From Chiloscyllium plagiosum (lineage: Eukaryota), in contig NC_057719.1 of assembly GCF_004010195.1 (NCBI RefSeq), positions 68,165,873 through 68,229,872 of the forward strand: a stretch of DNA of 64,000 bases, given 5' to 3'. The notes beneath the pieces are model-generated. The model was not told the DNA's origin. It made no database searches and saw only the letters and a list, made by a program, of their open reading frames with translations. A program made the translations under genes and the position numbers. Of this stretch, positions 24,951-38,822 are shown one piece after another. Position 1 is the stretch's first letter. Every line of letters starts with the position of its first letter.

Positions 24951-27900
24951 ATAAAACTTTTAAAGAGGTGTATCTACTGCTAATTTTTTATGCAGAACAT
25001 TCACTCCTTCCAATTAGTAAAATAAGCCAAAACAGCTATCATTTATACTAATACTTATATTTGACAGATGTGTTCAGTGTTTAATGGTTACTTTGAACTC
25101 CAGCAAAATCTGAATGGTTTCACCTACAAAAATTTGGAATAGGAGCCAACTTCATGGCTTCGTTTCAGGATCATCTTTTTCCCCCAATCATGTTTTTAAT
25201 TAGCTAGTTTAATTACAAATTCAGAAAATATTGCACTGGTATGCAAATACACTTTTGCAGCATTTTTCTGAAATTTGCTGTAAATAGAACAGAATAATAT
25301 AGTGCTAATTTTGCACTTCTTAGTTACATGTTTATTTTAATGTTCAAAAACATTTCTTGAAAAAAAGCTAATACAAACTACCAAATAGTAACAGCATTAG
25401 AATTGTATTCTCTTTCCATACTCACTGTGAAAGGATGAGCAGTACGCATGCTTCTTTTCTGTCATATAAGGGGTATAGATTTGTATGAAAAACTGATCAG
25501 ATGAAGAGTCCCATAAAAATCTAAGATTTTAATTTTCTATTAATATTGGGCTGGCAAGAAGTGCAGTGCAGATTCAGCAGAATGCTGCAATGACTTCAAG
25601 GGTTAGGCTATGAATGGAGATTACATATTCCCTGGAATATAGATGCCAAGGGTGATCGGATTGAGATTTTTGGAGTCTTTAAAAAAATGGACAGGGTGGA
25701 TACAGAAAAATACTTTTGGCTGGGGGAAGGATTCTTAGACAAGGGGACACTATTTTAAAAATTTAATAATGTCATTCAGCAGAGGTATTCAGGGAGCATT
25801 TCTATCAAAAGGTGATAGAAATGAAGATCCTATGCCCCCCAAAAATGCAGTAAATGTTGGTTCACTTCATATTTTCAAATCTGAAAATAATGTTTTTTGG
25901 CAGACAAAGTTATAAGTGTAAGGAGCCAGAGGCACTTGGACCAAACGAAGACACAAATCAGCCACAACTTCATTAAATAGTAGAACAGCTTTGAGGGGCT
26001 GAAGTGACTGCTGCTGTTCCTATACATAATGGAGTAAGTGAGAGTTTTGAAAATGGGTTTGATTCAAGTAATTTCTGTCAGAAAGCCCCAATTCCTCGTT
26101 TAATTACATATACAGAACAGGATAAGCAACTGTTGAATTGATGTTTTTGGATTACAGATGAATAGTTAATTAAAGAAAAATTATAGCCATACTCATTATA
26201 TCATAGCCAGTGAAGTAGCATTTCATTCCCCAATTTTGGAATAAAAAATGTTAAACCCTCCTGAATGTATTAAGCAAAGATATTTTAATCCACAATGTAA
26301 AGTAAAATCAAGCATCAAAATTGAAGCTGAAAACTGATCACTTGTTTACCTGGGAAAACCTTATATTTAGAGTCAACTACAAAATAAAAACATTTGATTT
26401 TTCTTGATAAACTTTTATTTAAATGAAGTAATGGACATGAACTATTTTGCCTGTCTTCAACATACCAGTTGCCCATTTAATACTGCAATACTGTTTGCCC
26501 TCATGAATGTTTGAGTGGTTTGTAAGTATTTTGCTACATAAACACAAAGATGGTGTGCAAAATATTTGCATATAATTCTGAACTTATTCACTCAAATTAC
26601 CAGCAGTGTATAAATTCATTTCTAGAAGTTAAACTTAAAAGTGCAAGAGATGTTTCACCCTAAAAGGAGGTTAATAGCAGCTTTCCTGTATTTAAAATCT
26701 GCTACATTGAAAACTCTTTGATTCACAAGCAATTTATTACGAACCCACCACTGGGCTATCTACATGGAGTAAATTATTGCTGTGAAAATGAGGCTCCTGC
26801 TGGTACTTTAAGTATGCATTTTGCATTTGGGTGCATTTAATGCAAATGACTGTGCTTAACTGTGCTCTTGAAGGGGAAATTATGGACAGATTCAGAGATC
26901 GCTCGAAAACATCACTGCCAATAACTAACAAACACCACTTTATCATCTTGGTCTCAATAAGGTTACGGTTTGAAATTATTGTCATACATATTATCAAAGA
27001 GACTCCTTGAAGAATGTAACAAGCTTATTTACTTGAAAAATTTACAAAGTTTGAAATTTCCTTTTGTTCCAGTCAAGATTTCAGAAGCATGAGCTCCACA
27101 CCATACATAAAACTTATTATCAAAGTTGCAAAATGCATAATGCATCATCATGATTAGTAAACTACACATATTTCATGTTGCACATGCCCCCACCTCTGAT
27201 CCAATTCCAAATTTAACCTCCAACTTTCTTCCTCGACCCATTATGGTACAAAATTCATAATAGAATGACTTTCCCCACGTACTGCTAAATTTCTTGTACT
27301 TCAACTAAATGCTGATTTTTGTGTGAGCCTAAGCAAACTATTCAACCATGGATGTTAGAGGGAGTGGAGTAACTCCGATCCAATATCCACATGTATGTGT
27401 TTCCAGGAAGAATAACCGAATAGCAAACAAGAATGGTTGCTTCATGAGCTACAATCAGCCAAGACCAAGGACAATGACATGCTTGATCTGTAACATTCAG
27501 TTCCAAAGTAAGCAGACTCAAGATTTAAGACATTTACAATATTCAGAGAACAAAACACCAATATCTACAAAACAGCCACAGTTTTGTTCCCTTTGACATT
27601 CCTTTCCTGCAAGTTGCACTGCCCCAAAGATTCCAGGGTAAATATATAACAGCCCTCAGACAACACTGTATTGAATTATATTCCAAATGACCAAAACTTA
27701 AGTTAAAGAGAAAAAAATTCAAAATCTGTCATATACAGTTGTGAAGAGATCTTAAACTACATATTTTACTAAAGCATAAAATCCAGTTTCTGCAACATTT
27801 GTTACATTTACCTGTACCATTTACAGTGCTCTTAAATCGATGTATTTATTTTTGTGAAGTATCATTCATTTGGGAAATTTAAGTGTAGTGGCTATCGAAC

Positions 27901-30834
27901 TACTTTCCTTTAAAAACAATTATGATTATATGTTAAACTTTAAAATGCAGTTTTACAAATAATATTACTGTGCTATAAATTAAATCTGTGCAAACAGAGT
28001 ATTTCTGCTTGAAAAGGTTTTGTTATCCTCTATACTCTCAATATACATTGCCTTTTTCTGCGACAAGGAAAACAATGGCCTTTACAGCTAGCTGATCACC
28101 ATATCAATGGCACATGCCACAACAGAAAAGCACTAGTTTATTTGATTGATCATGGTAGATAAACCCCAAATAACAGAGAAATTAACAAATGCTTGACATT
28201 TGCTCAACATCCATTATTCTGACACTACTTCAGAATTTCAAAGCCTGAAAGCATGCTTAATCAACATTCATATTCCCCAGTGAACCACAGGCACCATATT
28301 GTGCCCCGCCTAAGCAGTGATGAAAACTGCATATTAGCCGTTTCCAAAACGTTCAGGGACTGTACATGGAGCTCCTGCAACCTCTTGTTCCGTACTTTCT
28401 TTTAAACATTTCGAAGAGTAAAGCATCTGCCAGTTAGACTCAGGGGATGTATGCAAATTGAACTGAAAGCAGTTTTTCAGGCAGGGCATCTTCAGATCAA
28501 ACTTCATTCAAGGGGGCAGAAAAGGACTGAACAGACCTCTCCCTGGGCAGAAACCTGCGGGAATTTCTGCAACACCATTGGGAGATTTACTAAAGCTAAC
28601 TACAGACGATCTCCAATTCAAATCTCCAGCAAAGCACTCTTGTCAATAATTTGAGTCCTAGATGCACTCTTTCCATTCCAGTTTCTGTAGACAGTAGACA
28701 GGAAGATGCAGCTAAGCAGGAGGTGTGCAATTTGCATGCTGTCGAATTGTGAAAGGGTAACAGTGACAGCACTGTGTCGAATTATTTTCCCTCTAGAACT
28801 TTTAACTCTGTAGGATAGCATAGTTGACAGATGACACCCCAACATCTGTGTTACGTATACTGCACAGCTGAGGAACTTTGGCTTTGTGTCTTATGTGCTG
28901 GCACATGACCTTCCCTAACATTATACGCAAAGATAAATTTAAATTTTGTAAGTCATACCAAAGTAGACAGAAGACATTAAAATGTAAGAAAAATCAAAGT
29001 TCACTTTAAAATACCCTCATCACCACAAAAATATTCTTGCTATTTTAAATTAACTGTGAACTGAATGAACATCTGAATTTACCATTTTAAAAATTAGATT
29101 CAAAGTGTAATTTTATACCCAAAAATAATGAAGCTTGAAGGTTTTTCTTGGGGAAAAGTTTTATATTAATGAATTGTTTGCTTCCAACATTATTAGAATA
29201 AGAAACATAAGAAAACCTTTACAGAATTTACCTGATAAAAATAGCTGAAGCTAATAAGGATAAATATTAAAATTAACCTTGATATAGATTATTCATCTAA
29301 AATGAACTTTCATTTGTAAACAACAGTGAGATGTCAAATATTTCAACTTATAAGGAAATTAACTGGTTCCCTGAGGCAAGGTTTGAAGGGTCAATGGTAA
29401 TTTTTAGCTATTTGAATGTCAGTAAATTATTTAAAAGTTTTATTTCAACAGAAGAAAGCTAAGTACGATGGTAATTGCAGAAAGCTATTTTAGATATACA
29501 AATAATTGTTTACATGACAAGCCTCTAGCACTTTGCAAGCCTTAAACAATTTTATTGTTGATTTATCATTTGCTGCCAAAATGCCTTATTGTCTTCCACG
29601 CAAAAATTAAAATGGTTTAAATTATTGATAATAATATTTGTGATTTCAGAGATTTTCTTGTATATAGATGCAAAAAGATAATTCATTCCGAAGCTGCTGC
29701 ACTGCATTTCTGTTGCAGTGCTACCCTGTTAACTGTATTTCCTTGCATAAAACACAAGGGGAAACTGTAGTTAGTGTACAGAAACAGAATTTTCTTCATT
29801 AAATCTACTCAAGCAGATATTAAAGATGCATTTAATATACTGTGAATGGTCGGTGGCCACCACCAACTGTGACAGACCAGTTACTGATGAGCTGCCGCTG
29901 GACGTCCTTCTCAGCATGAATCTGTGTCTTAGTCTGCTGAAGGACAGTGATAGCTTCCCATGTGAGCAGCTCTATTCATCTCTGAAGTATTTACTAAATC
30001 ACAAGCCCCTGTGCAGAAACCAAGCAGCTCAACGCATGCTAACAAATGATGGATGGCCTAGTCAATCCGTTATGTCTTGAAGCGTGATTTCCTGCCATTC
30101 CTATCACAAAACCCCCAGAGTATAGCATACTGATCGGACACAGAAAATATATTTTGCAGGCACTGTAAAGAGTGGCAGGAGATCTCCCCATCAGGGCCTT
30201 AAAACTGTATTAGTTTTTGTGTGGTTCCTGAAACCTGATAAAGTAATAAAAAATAAATTATATCTTGATGTGCATGACATTAATTATATGCAGATATTGA
30301 ACCTCATCAGTAAAAAGTGGATAAAGAATAACTCTGCTACAAGCAAGAATACTTTTTGGCTAACTCCATAAAAAACATCAAGTACAATTTATAGTCTTTG
30401 CTGAACGAATGCTACAAAATAAACTCTGTTAAGAGAAATATATATGTGAAAGAATGCTGCCAACATTATAAATTAGCATTTGCTACATCAGTTGTTCTAA
30501 AATGCCATAGATCGTTTGTTTCCAAGACTTCTTAAAAAATCTCACTATTTTCAGTTTAGTATAATGAATCAGAAATGGACATGGAAATAGTTGGAAAGGA
30601 CAAGACATTGATCAGTGTCTGGAATTGTAGGACGTCAACTCTTCAGTGCTTTCTTCACCAAACTTTATTCTGTTCCTCTCCCTTGGGAGTTCTGACTGCA
30701 GTATATTCAACATTGCTTGTTTCCATTTCCCATCATGTTTTAGTAAAATAAAATCCTCCATTTATATCATTGCTTTTGCACTTCATTGAACCTACTCAAT
30801 ATTTCTAAGTATTTCCAACCAATAGCAATCTTCA

Positions 30835-31380
30835 ATGAGAGATAATGCAACCATCGCTGAGACATTCAATGACATTACCACAGACCAAAAATGGGACTGG
30901 ACCAGCCACATAAATAGCTTGGCTATTAGAACAGATCAGACGCTGGGAACTGTAGTGCCAAGTAATTTTTAATGAAGAATAGGCCATGTGATGGAAGGAG
31001 TACAGTTCTAATAACACACAAAACATTTTACACAATCCAGGCCAAAACATTGGATTCACTCCTTCCAACATAAATGCACAGAGATAGCAGTGTGCATCAT
31101 ATACAAGGTTCACTGCAGGAACTCACCAATGCTCCCACAGTAGCGCCTTTTTAACTCTACTACCCAAGAGGACAGCAGTAGATGCAAGTGAACATTATTA
31201 CTTGCAAGTTTCATTTCAAGCCATAAACCATCCTACTTTGGAATTTCACCTTTCCCCACTGTCACTCTGTCAAACTCCTGAACTGCAGTTCAAAATAGCA
31301 GTTCTCCGCCACTTTCTAAAGGGCAAGCATCAATGGGAAACATATCTTTTTCAGTAATGCACAGACCTCATGAAAGAATA
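30835..31380 (+). mobile_element. Family-B LINE 3' fragment, decayed
   Basis: Resembles the 24.2-24.95 kb segment. Confidence 0.6.
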
Positions 31381-31737
31381 AATAAGTAAGCTTTCAAATG
31401 TCAAATTTTCCAAAAGTGAAATTCAACTAAAAAAAAGTGTACAGAATTTCAGGACAACACTGGAACAATGGAATTGCTGAGAATATATTGTATTGAGTGA
31501 TTTGTAAAGTAGAATTCAGCACAAAGGACAGAATAACTAAACCAGGAAAAATAGCAAAAAAACAGTTTCAAACCAAAAAGGCAACAGAAACGAGGTCCAA
31601 GCCAAACAACCATAAAACAAAAATAGAATTGTAAATTTTGGTTTTTCAAAATTAAAAATTAAAAGAAAACTAGAACTGGGGTTCTGGTATCTTGAAACAA
31701 GTCTACTTCAGCATGGGTCAATGGCCGATCATACTGA

Positions 31738-31822
31738 ATGTGGAGGTGCCGGTGTTGGAGTTCGGTGGACAAAGTTTAAAAAAATCACACCGGTTATAAC
31801 CTGGTGTTGTATGATTTTTAAC
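31738..31822. mobile_element. Tiny inverted remnant of the 51-kb PLE family
   Basis: Reverse complement of the family 3' end (TCCAACACCGGCACCTCCACAT) fused to TATAACCTGGTGTTGTATGATTTTTAAC through the palindrome GGTTATAACC; no clear TSD. Confidence 0.6.
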
Positions 31823-33793
31823 TAAAAATAACAGGAGAGGTACTTGGTGACCAGAGATGAAAAGTTCGCAAGGAGTGTAACGTAACTACACAGAAGATAA
31901 AGTACATAGTTTTAACACTTCACTTTGATTAAAAAAAAGCTTTGATTAATTCTTAATTGCAGCACTGTATCAAGTTTCATTTTCCCAAAATTAGATGCCT
32001 TGGTTATTACAGATTGGCACAGTCATGAGTTTTAAAAATATGCAAATTGATCTCAAGATATTCAAAATAAGTATTATGATGGAACTGGAAAGTCTACCCA
32101 GAAAATAAATGGGCATTCAACAGAGAAACATCACATTCTGCAATAGATTAGCAATGGGTGTTGTTAAAAGAATGCATGAAGTATGTGCTTAAGAGGAAGC
32201 TTTAAATGTTTCTGAGAAAGAAGGAAATTGGGGTGGGAATGTTAGTCAAACCTGGCATACACTCCTGGTTCGTCATACACTCCTGGAAACTCAGCACAGA
32301 ACAAGGTCATTGAGCCCACTGTGTGCATTCAAGATCTTTGAAAGTGATGTACAATTTAGCCCCACTGCCCAATCTCTTCCCTATACCCCTGCAAATACAT
32401 CTTGTTCAAGTAATACATCCAATTGCATTTGAAAAGCTTCAATGGTATACAACTATTTGCCTTTCAGGTTATATGTTCAAAATCTGAAAGGAGACATTTC
32501 TCATTTTGTCCCTTTTTAGTTTGCGAATTATTTAAAATCTACTATTTTTTGCTTCCCAATCCACTTGCACGTGGGAACCATTTCTTCCTACTTGCTTAAT
32601 CAAAGCCCCTTAGCTTTGTAAAACTCTGTTAGAGCGACCCTTAATCCTGTTTATTCAAAGGAGAACAATTTCAGCATGTCCAATCTCTCCGATAACTAAT
32701 CTTCTTCACTCCTGGTTTCATCCTGCAACCATCCTTTTTGGCAGCCTTCCAAAAGTGTGTGCTCAAAACTGTAGAATTCAAATCTAACCAGATACCTGTC
32801 CATGCCGACCAGATATCCGAACCTAATCGAGTCCCATTTGCCAGTATTTGGTCCATATTCCTCTAAACCCTTCCTATTCACATACCCATCCAGATGCCTT
32901 TTAAATGCTGTAATTGTACCAGCCTCCACCACTTCCTCTGGCAGCTCATTCCATACACACTCCACTCTTTGTGTGAAAACGTTACCTCTTACATCCCTTT
33001 TATATCTTTCCTCTCTCATCCTAAACCTATGCACTCTAGATCTGGACTCCCCTGCCCCAGGAAAAAGACCTCGTCTATTTATTTTATCCATGCCCTTCAT
33101 GATTTCATAAACCTCTATAAGGTCACCCCTCAGCCTCCGACTCTCCAGGGAATACAGCCCCAGCCTGTTCAGCTCTCCCTGTAGCTCAAATCATCCAACC
33201 CTGGTAACATCGTTGTAAATCTTTTCTGAACCCTTTCAAGTTTTACAACATCCTTCTGATAGGAAGGAGACCAGAACTGCACAAAATATTCCAAAGGTGA
33301 CCTAACCAATGTCCTGTACAGCTACAACATGACCTCCGATCTCCTGTACTCAACACTCTGACCAATAAAGGAAAGCATACCAAACTATCCTATCCTATAC
33401 TATCCTATCCTATCTACCTGCTTCACGATCTATCTACTTCACTATCCTATCTACCTGCGACTCCACTTTCAAGGAGCTATGAACCTGCACTCCAAGGTCT
33501 CTTTGTTCAGCAACACATCACACATATTAAGTGTATAAGTCCTGCTCTGATTTACTTTTCCAAAATGCTGCACCTCACATTTATCTGAATTAAACTCTAT
33601 CTGCCACTCCTCAGCCCATTGGCCCATCTGACCAAGATCCTGTTGTACTCTGAAGTAATCTTAGCTGTCTACTAGACCTCCAATTTTGGTGTCATCTGCA
33701 AATTTACTAACTATACATTCAAAGTTTGTGCGAAGATTTGTAGCTCGGGTGCTCGTTGTTCTGGTTCTGTTCGCCGAGCTGGAAGTTTTTGTT

Positions 33794-33833
33794 GCAAACG
33801 TTTCGTCCCCTGGCTAGGCGACATCATCAGTGC
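33794..33833 (-). ncRNA. Minimal type I hammerhead ribozyme motif (mirror copy)
   Basis: Exact reverse complement of the 34657-34696 motif; same sense as the CDIN1 pre-mRNA. Confidence 0.72.
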
Positions 33834-34656
33834 TTGGGAGCCTCCTGCGAAGCGCTTCTTTGATGTTTCCTCCGGTGTTTATAGTGGTCTGTCCCTGCCG
33901 CTTCCGGTTGTCAGTTTCAGCTGTCCGCTGTAGTGGTTGGTATATTGGGTCCAGGTCTATGTGTTTGTTGATGGAGTTTGTGGATGAGTGCCATGCTTCT
34001 AGGAATTCCCTGGCTGTTCTCTGTCTGGCTTGCCCTATGATAGTAGTGTTGTCCCAGTCGAATTCATGTTGTTTGTTGTCTGTGTGTGTGGCTACTAAGG
34101 ATAGCTGGTCGTGTCGTTTCGTGGCTAGTTGATGTTCATGTATGCGGATTGTTAGCTGCCTTCCTGTTTGTCCTATCTCGTGTTTTGTGCAGTCCTTGCA
34201 TGGTATTTTGTACACTACATTCGTCTTGCTCATGTTGGGTATCGGATCCTTCGTTCTGGTGAGCAAAACTAATGTAGTGTACAAAATACCATGCAAGGAC
34301 TGCACAAAACACTATATAGGACAAACAGGAAGACAGCTAACAATCCGCATACATGAACATCAACTAGCCACAAAACGACACGACCAGCTATCCTTAGTAG
34401 CTGCACACGCAGACAACAAGCAACATGAATTCGTCTGGGACAACACCACTATCATAGGGCAAGCCAGACAGAACAGCCAAGGAATTCCTAGAGGCATGTC
34501 ATTCATCCACAAACTCCATCAACAAACACATCGACCTGGACCCAATATACCAACCACTACAGCGGACAGCTGAAACTGACAACCGGAAGCGGCAGGGACA
34601 GACCACTATAAACACCGGAGGAAACATCAAAGAAGCGCTTCGCAGGAAGCTCCCAA

Positions 34657-34696
34657 GCACTGATGATGTCGCCTAGCCAGGGGACGAAACGTTTGC
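34657..34696 (+). ncRNA. Minimal type I hammerhead ribozyme motif (PLE-associated)
   Basis: GCA-CTGATGA-T-GTCGCCT AGCC AGGGGAC-GAAA-CG-TT-TGC: both catalytic boxes, stem II, palindromic ACGT stem III and a short stem I. Confidence 0.72.
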
Positions 34697-37109
34697 AACA
34701 AAAACTTCCAGCTCGGCGAACAGAACCAGAACAACTAACTATACATCCTATGTTCACATCAAATCACTTTTATAAATGACAAAAATCAGTGCACCCAGTA
34801 CCAATCCTTGTGACACACCACTGATCACAGGCCTCCTGTCTGAAAAGCAACCCTCCACCATCACCCTTTGTCTTCTATCTTCAAGCCAGTTCCGTATCCA
34901 AATGGGTAGTTCTCCCTGTAGTTCATGAGATCTAACCTTGCTAAATCGTGCTCCATGAGGAACCTTGTCGAATGCCTTAGTGAAGTCTATGTAGATCATT
35001 TCTACCGCTCTGACCTCATCAATCCTCTTGTTACGCCTTCAAAAAACTGAATCAAATTTGTAAGACATGATTTCCCTCACACAAAGCCATGCTGACTATC
35101 TCTAATCAGTCCTTGCCTTTCCAAACACATGTAAGTCCTGTCCCTCAGGATTTCCTCCAGTAACTTGCCCTCCACTGATGTCAGACTCACCGGTCTATAG
35201 TTCCCTGGCCTTTCCTTACCATCTTTCTTAAATAGGGGCACCATGTTAGCCAATCTCCAATCTTCCAGCACCTCACCTGTGACTATCGATGATACAAATA
35301 TCTCAGCAAGAGGCCCAGCAATCACTTCCCTAGCTTCCCACAGAGTTCTAGGGCACACCTGATCAGGTCCTGGGAATTTATCTACTTATATGCATTTCAA
35401 GCCACCCTCCTCTGCAATATGGACATTTTTCAAGATGTCACCATCTATTTCCCCACATTCTGTATCTTCCATGTCCTTCATCACAGTAAACACGAATGCA
35501 AAATATTCCTTTAGCGTTGCTTCCATCTCCTGCGGCTCCACACATAGCCTGCCTTGCTGATCTTTAAAGAGGCCCTATTCTCTCTCGTTACCCTTTTGTC
35601 CTTAATATATTTATGAAATCCCTTTGGATTCTCCTTAACTCCATTTGCCAAAGCTATCTTATGTCCCCAATTTTGCCCTCCTGATTTCCCGTTTAAGTAT
35701 ACTCCTACTGACTTTATACTCTAAAGATACACTCAATCTCAGTCTATACTGACATATGCTTCCTTCTTTTCCTTGAATAAAATCTCAATTTCGCTTGTCA
35801 TCCAGCATTCCTAACCTACCAGCCTTTCCTTTCATCCTAACAGGAATATACTGACACTGGATGCCCATTAACTCATTTTTAAAGGCTTAGAATACAAAGA
35901 TGAGAAGGTTGTGCTATGTGCCAATTTATAAATTTGAATATTTAATACACATTCTCAACCAGCTTCCCAGCCTTCAAAGATTTATGAAAATTGTTGAAAC
36001 CAGACTCCAGGCAAGGTTTCCCAAGCTGCAAGAGTTCCAAATGCACAATCTCAAATCATTACGGTTCCAGGTGAAAGGAATGACCAGTCTCCCCATCATC
36101 CTCTTCACCCTCTTCTTTGGTTGGTTGCAAGGAAGTAAATTTAAAAATAAAAATTCATTCCTTCTTGGATATCTTTTTCCAAACCCCAAATGAGCTTATC
36201 TTTTAAAATGAGCCGATTTAACCGGGCTTTCTTGAATAAAAGAAGTCAATTTATTAATTATAAACACCAAATGAATTAGATTAGAAATAAGAGCAAGTCC
36301 AAAAGGATAGAATTTAAATAAAATAGATAAATGGATAGTTGGATGTTGCTGCATCGTGGTGGAGGTTACCAGAAGTGCAATATTGGCTGTTGAACTTTCA
36401 GTTTCACAATCCTTAGTTAGGTGGATTAGTTGAGATTCTACAGATCTGTTCCCTTTCGACTGTGATTAAATTCCAGCATTCAGGTGACAGCCCTGTTGCA
36501 TGTTCTTCAGGCAGATGTAGAGAGTCCTTTTACCTGTAACACAGGGTAACCTGAGGAGATCATTCTTTAAGTGTGACCTTCACATTATGCTAACATTTAA
36601 ACTTCAGCCGATGCACGAGAATGTTCAGTCCTGCTAACACATTCCAGAAGAGCGGAAATCGCTTTTTTAACTTCTGTTCTTGTGCATTTTTCAAAGAGAA
36701 GAAAAAACACAAAATGTTTCTGCAAATTGGGATATAATCTGCAAAATGAGGCTTGCTTTTGTGCAATTCCTTAAAACATTTGGAGTTATAAAAATACAAT
36801 CTGCTTCGATTTGCCTCAACACCCAACTATCTTTGAAGGGCTGTTATTTGAAGCTTTCTTTGCATTTGTGTCATCCCATGAATTTCTCTCTCCAGAAAGC
36901 CACTTGACTTGCATCTGTAAATTGCTGCATCAGCCCTTGTTTAAAAATCATGTATTGGAATTCCAAGTTCAAAATATCCACAGTCCTTGGGGGTTCTGAC
37001 CCATGGTCATGACAAAACGCATTCCAAAGTCTCACTGTTTTGCCTTTAGAGTTTCTTTAAATGTCTACAGAGAGTGAAATCTTAATTCTTCTTCAAGCAT
37101 GACATAGAT

Positions 37110-38270
37110 TTAAGAGCATAAGAATTAGGTTTCCCTTTTCGCCTGTTCTGCCATTCATTGAGATCATGGCTGATCTTGTTTCACAACTCTATCTTCGTGC
37201 ACTTTCTCTCAGTATCAATCTCCATCATGGATCCATAATTGCCTAAAAAGATACACAGTTCTCTGGAGTAGAATTTCTGAAGACTTACAGCCTTCAGAGT
37301 GTAGAAATTGTTCCTTTCTCACTCTTAACAGGTAAGACCCTTACTTTGAGATTGGGACAAATTGTTCTAGATATCCCAATCTAGGGGAAATATGCTCCTG
37401 GTGATGACCCTGCTCAGCCCATTTTGATTTTTGTGTTTCAATGTGATCACCTCTTTTTCTTCTAAATACTCAAGAATATTGGCCTAACCTGCTCCATTTC
37501 TCATTAGATTATCCCTTAGTTATAGAAATCAGTCAATTCTCTGTTGTACTTCCTCAGAGGCGACTATGTCATTCCTTAGGCAAGAGACATAAACTTTATA
37601 TACTAGGTGTGGCCTTGCCAAGACACTATGTGATTACAGTAAGACTTTTTGACTCTTATACACTTATCCCTTTGTAATAAACGGTCAATATAGTATTTGT
37701 TCTCCTGATTATTTGTTCTAACTACATGTGAATTTTGTGATTCATTCCCAAGGCATCCAGGACCTGCTGAATCCCAACATTTCCTAGTCTCTTACTATTC
37801 TAAAAAGTCTATTACTTCCATCAGCATGAAAACTTCACAGTTCTCTAAATATGATCTGCCATGTTCTTCCCCACTCAATTAACCTGTTCACATCCCTAAG
37901 AAGACTGTATCTTTCTCTCAGTCTAATTTTGGTCCATCAGCAAACTCGGATAGATGACACACAGTCCCTTCCACCTATGGATTGTGAAAAATCTAAGCCC
38001 ACATACATAACTTTGTCGCATTCCACTAACTACAGCCTGCTATCCCAAAAATGATGCAGCTATACCTATAATCCGTTCATGAACCAATCATCAATTTACA
38101 CCATTTCACCAACTGCTTGAGGGCTAATTGTGCGTAATAAGCTCTTGTGGTACCTCACTAGTTTTTTTTCGAAAATCCAAACTCACAGCAGCCATTGGTT
38201 TCTTTCATCTCCTTTGCTAGTTACCTCAAATAAAACTCAATAGGATTTGCCAAGGATAAATTCCCTTTGT
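37110..38270 (-). mobile_element. Old CR1 RT to 3' fragment
   Basis: Degenerate CR1 3' UTR and a TTTGCTGATG (FAD) motif on minus. Confidence 0.6.
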
Positions 38271-38464
38271 ATCCATGTGCTGTTACAGGAGTCTTCGTGA
38301 ATTGCTTAAGTGCATACTGTAGACTGCAAACACTATTGTCACGGTGCATCACTGGTTGAGGGAGAGAAGATTTGAGGTGGTGGATGAGATACCAATCAAG
38401 TGGGGTACTCTGTCCTGGACTGTTTTGAGTGCTTGCATGTTGAGTGTTGTTTCTTTACAAATTT

Positions 38465-38822
38465 CTTTGCAGCATCGAATGCTAAGGGGTGACCTTACAG
38501 AGGTTCGTAAAATCATGAGAGACATGGAGTCCAAAACTATAGAGCATAGGTTTAAGGTGAGAGGGGAAGATTTAAAAGGAACCTAGGGGCAACTTTTTCA
38601 CTCAGAGGATTGTGCATGAATGGAATGAGCAGCCAGAGGATGTGGTGGAGGCTAATACAATTACAACATTTAAAAGGCATTTGGTTGGGTACATGGACAG
38701 GTAGAATTTAGAAGGATATGGGGCAAATGCTGACAAAGGGAACTAGAATAATTTAGGATATCTGGTTGTTGTGGACAGGTTGGACTGAAGTCTGTTTCCA
38801 TGCTGTTCAACTCTATGACTTG
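38465..38822 (+). mobile_element. CR1 3' end
   Basis: LRGDLTEVRKIM...HRFKVRG, then a CTCTATGACT tail. Confidence 0.85.

Larger units (their letters stand above)
33719..34733. mobile_element. Penelope-like element (GIY-YIG 3' portion) inserted as a head-to-head inverted duplication
   Basis: Arms 33755-34232 and 34260-34735 are reverse complements. Each encodes NVVYKIPCKDCTKH(Y/E)IGQTGRQLTIRIHEH (GIY-YIG motif). Perfect 13-bp TSD ACTAACTATACAT at 33706-33718 and 34734-34746 inside a CR1 RT region. Confidence 0.92.
32770..35885 (-). mobile_element. CR1 LINE ORF2 (RT), relatively young, interrupted by the palindromic PLE
   Basis: WRLANMVPLFKK..RPGNYRPVSLTSV, IYIDFTKAFDKVPHG, GVSQGLVLG, SKFADDTK, FTQRVECVWNELPEEVVEA. 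Confidence 0.93.

Noticed and set aside
33814..34573. Overlapping GIY-YIG ORFs as a host nuclease gene or homing endonuclease
   Set aside because: They are truncated PLE C-termini reading through the palindrome centre; one has Y>E in YIG and the other is frameshifted.
35992..37014. Possible solo LTR (TGTTGAAACC...GGTCATGACA)
   Set aside because: Weak terminal repeats and no convincing TSD; similar hints at ~11695 and ~60708 are also unsupported.
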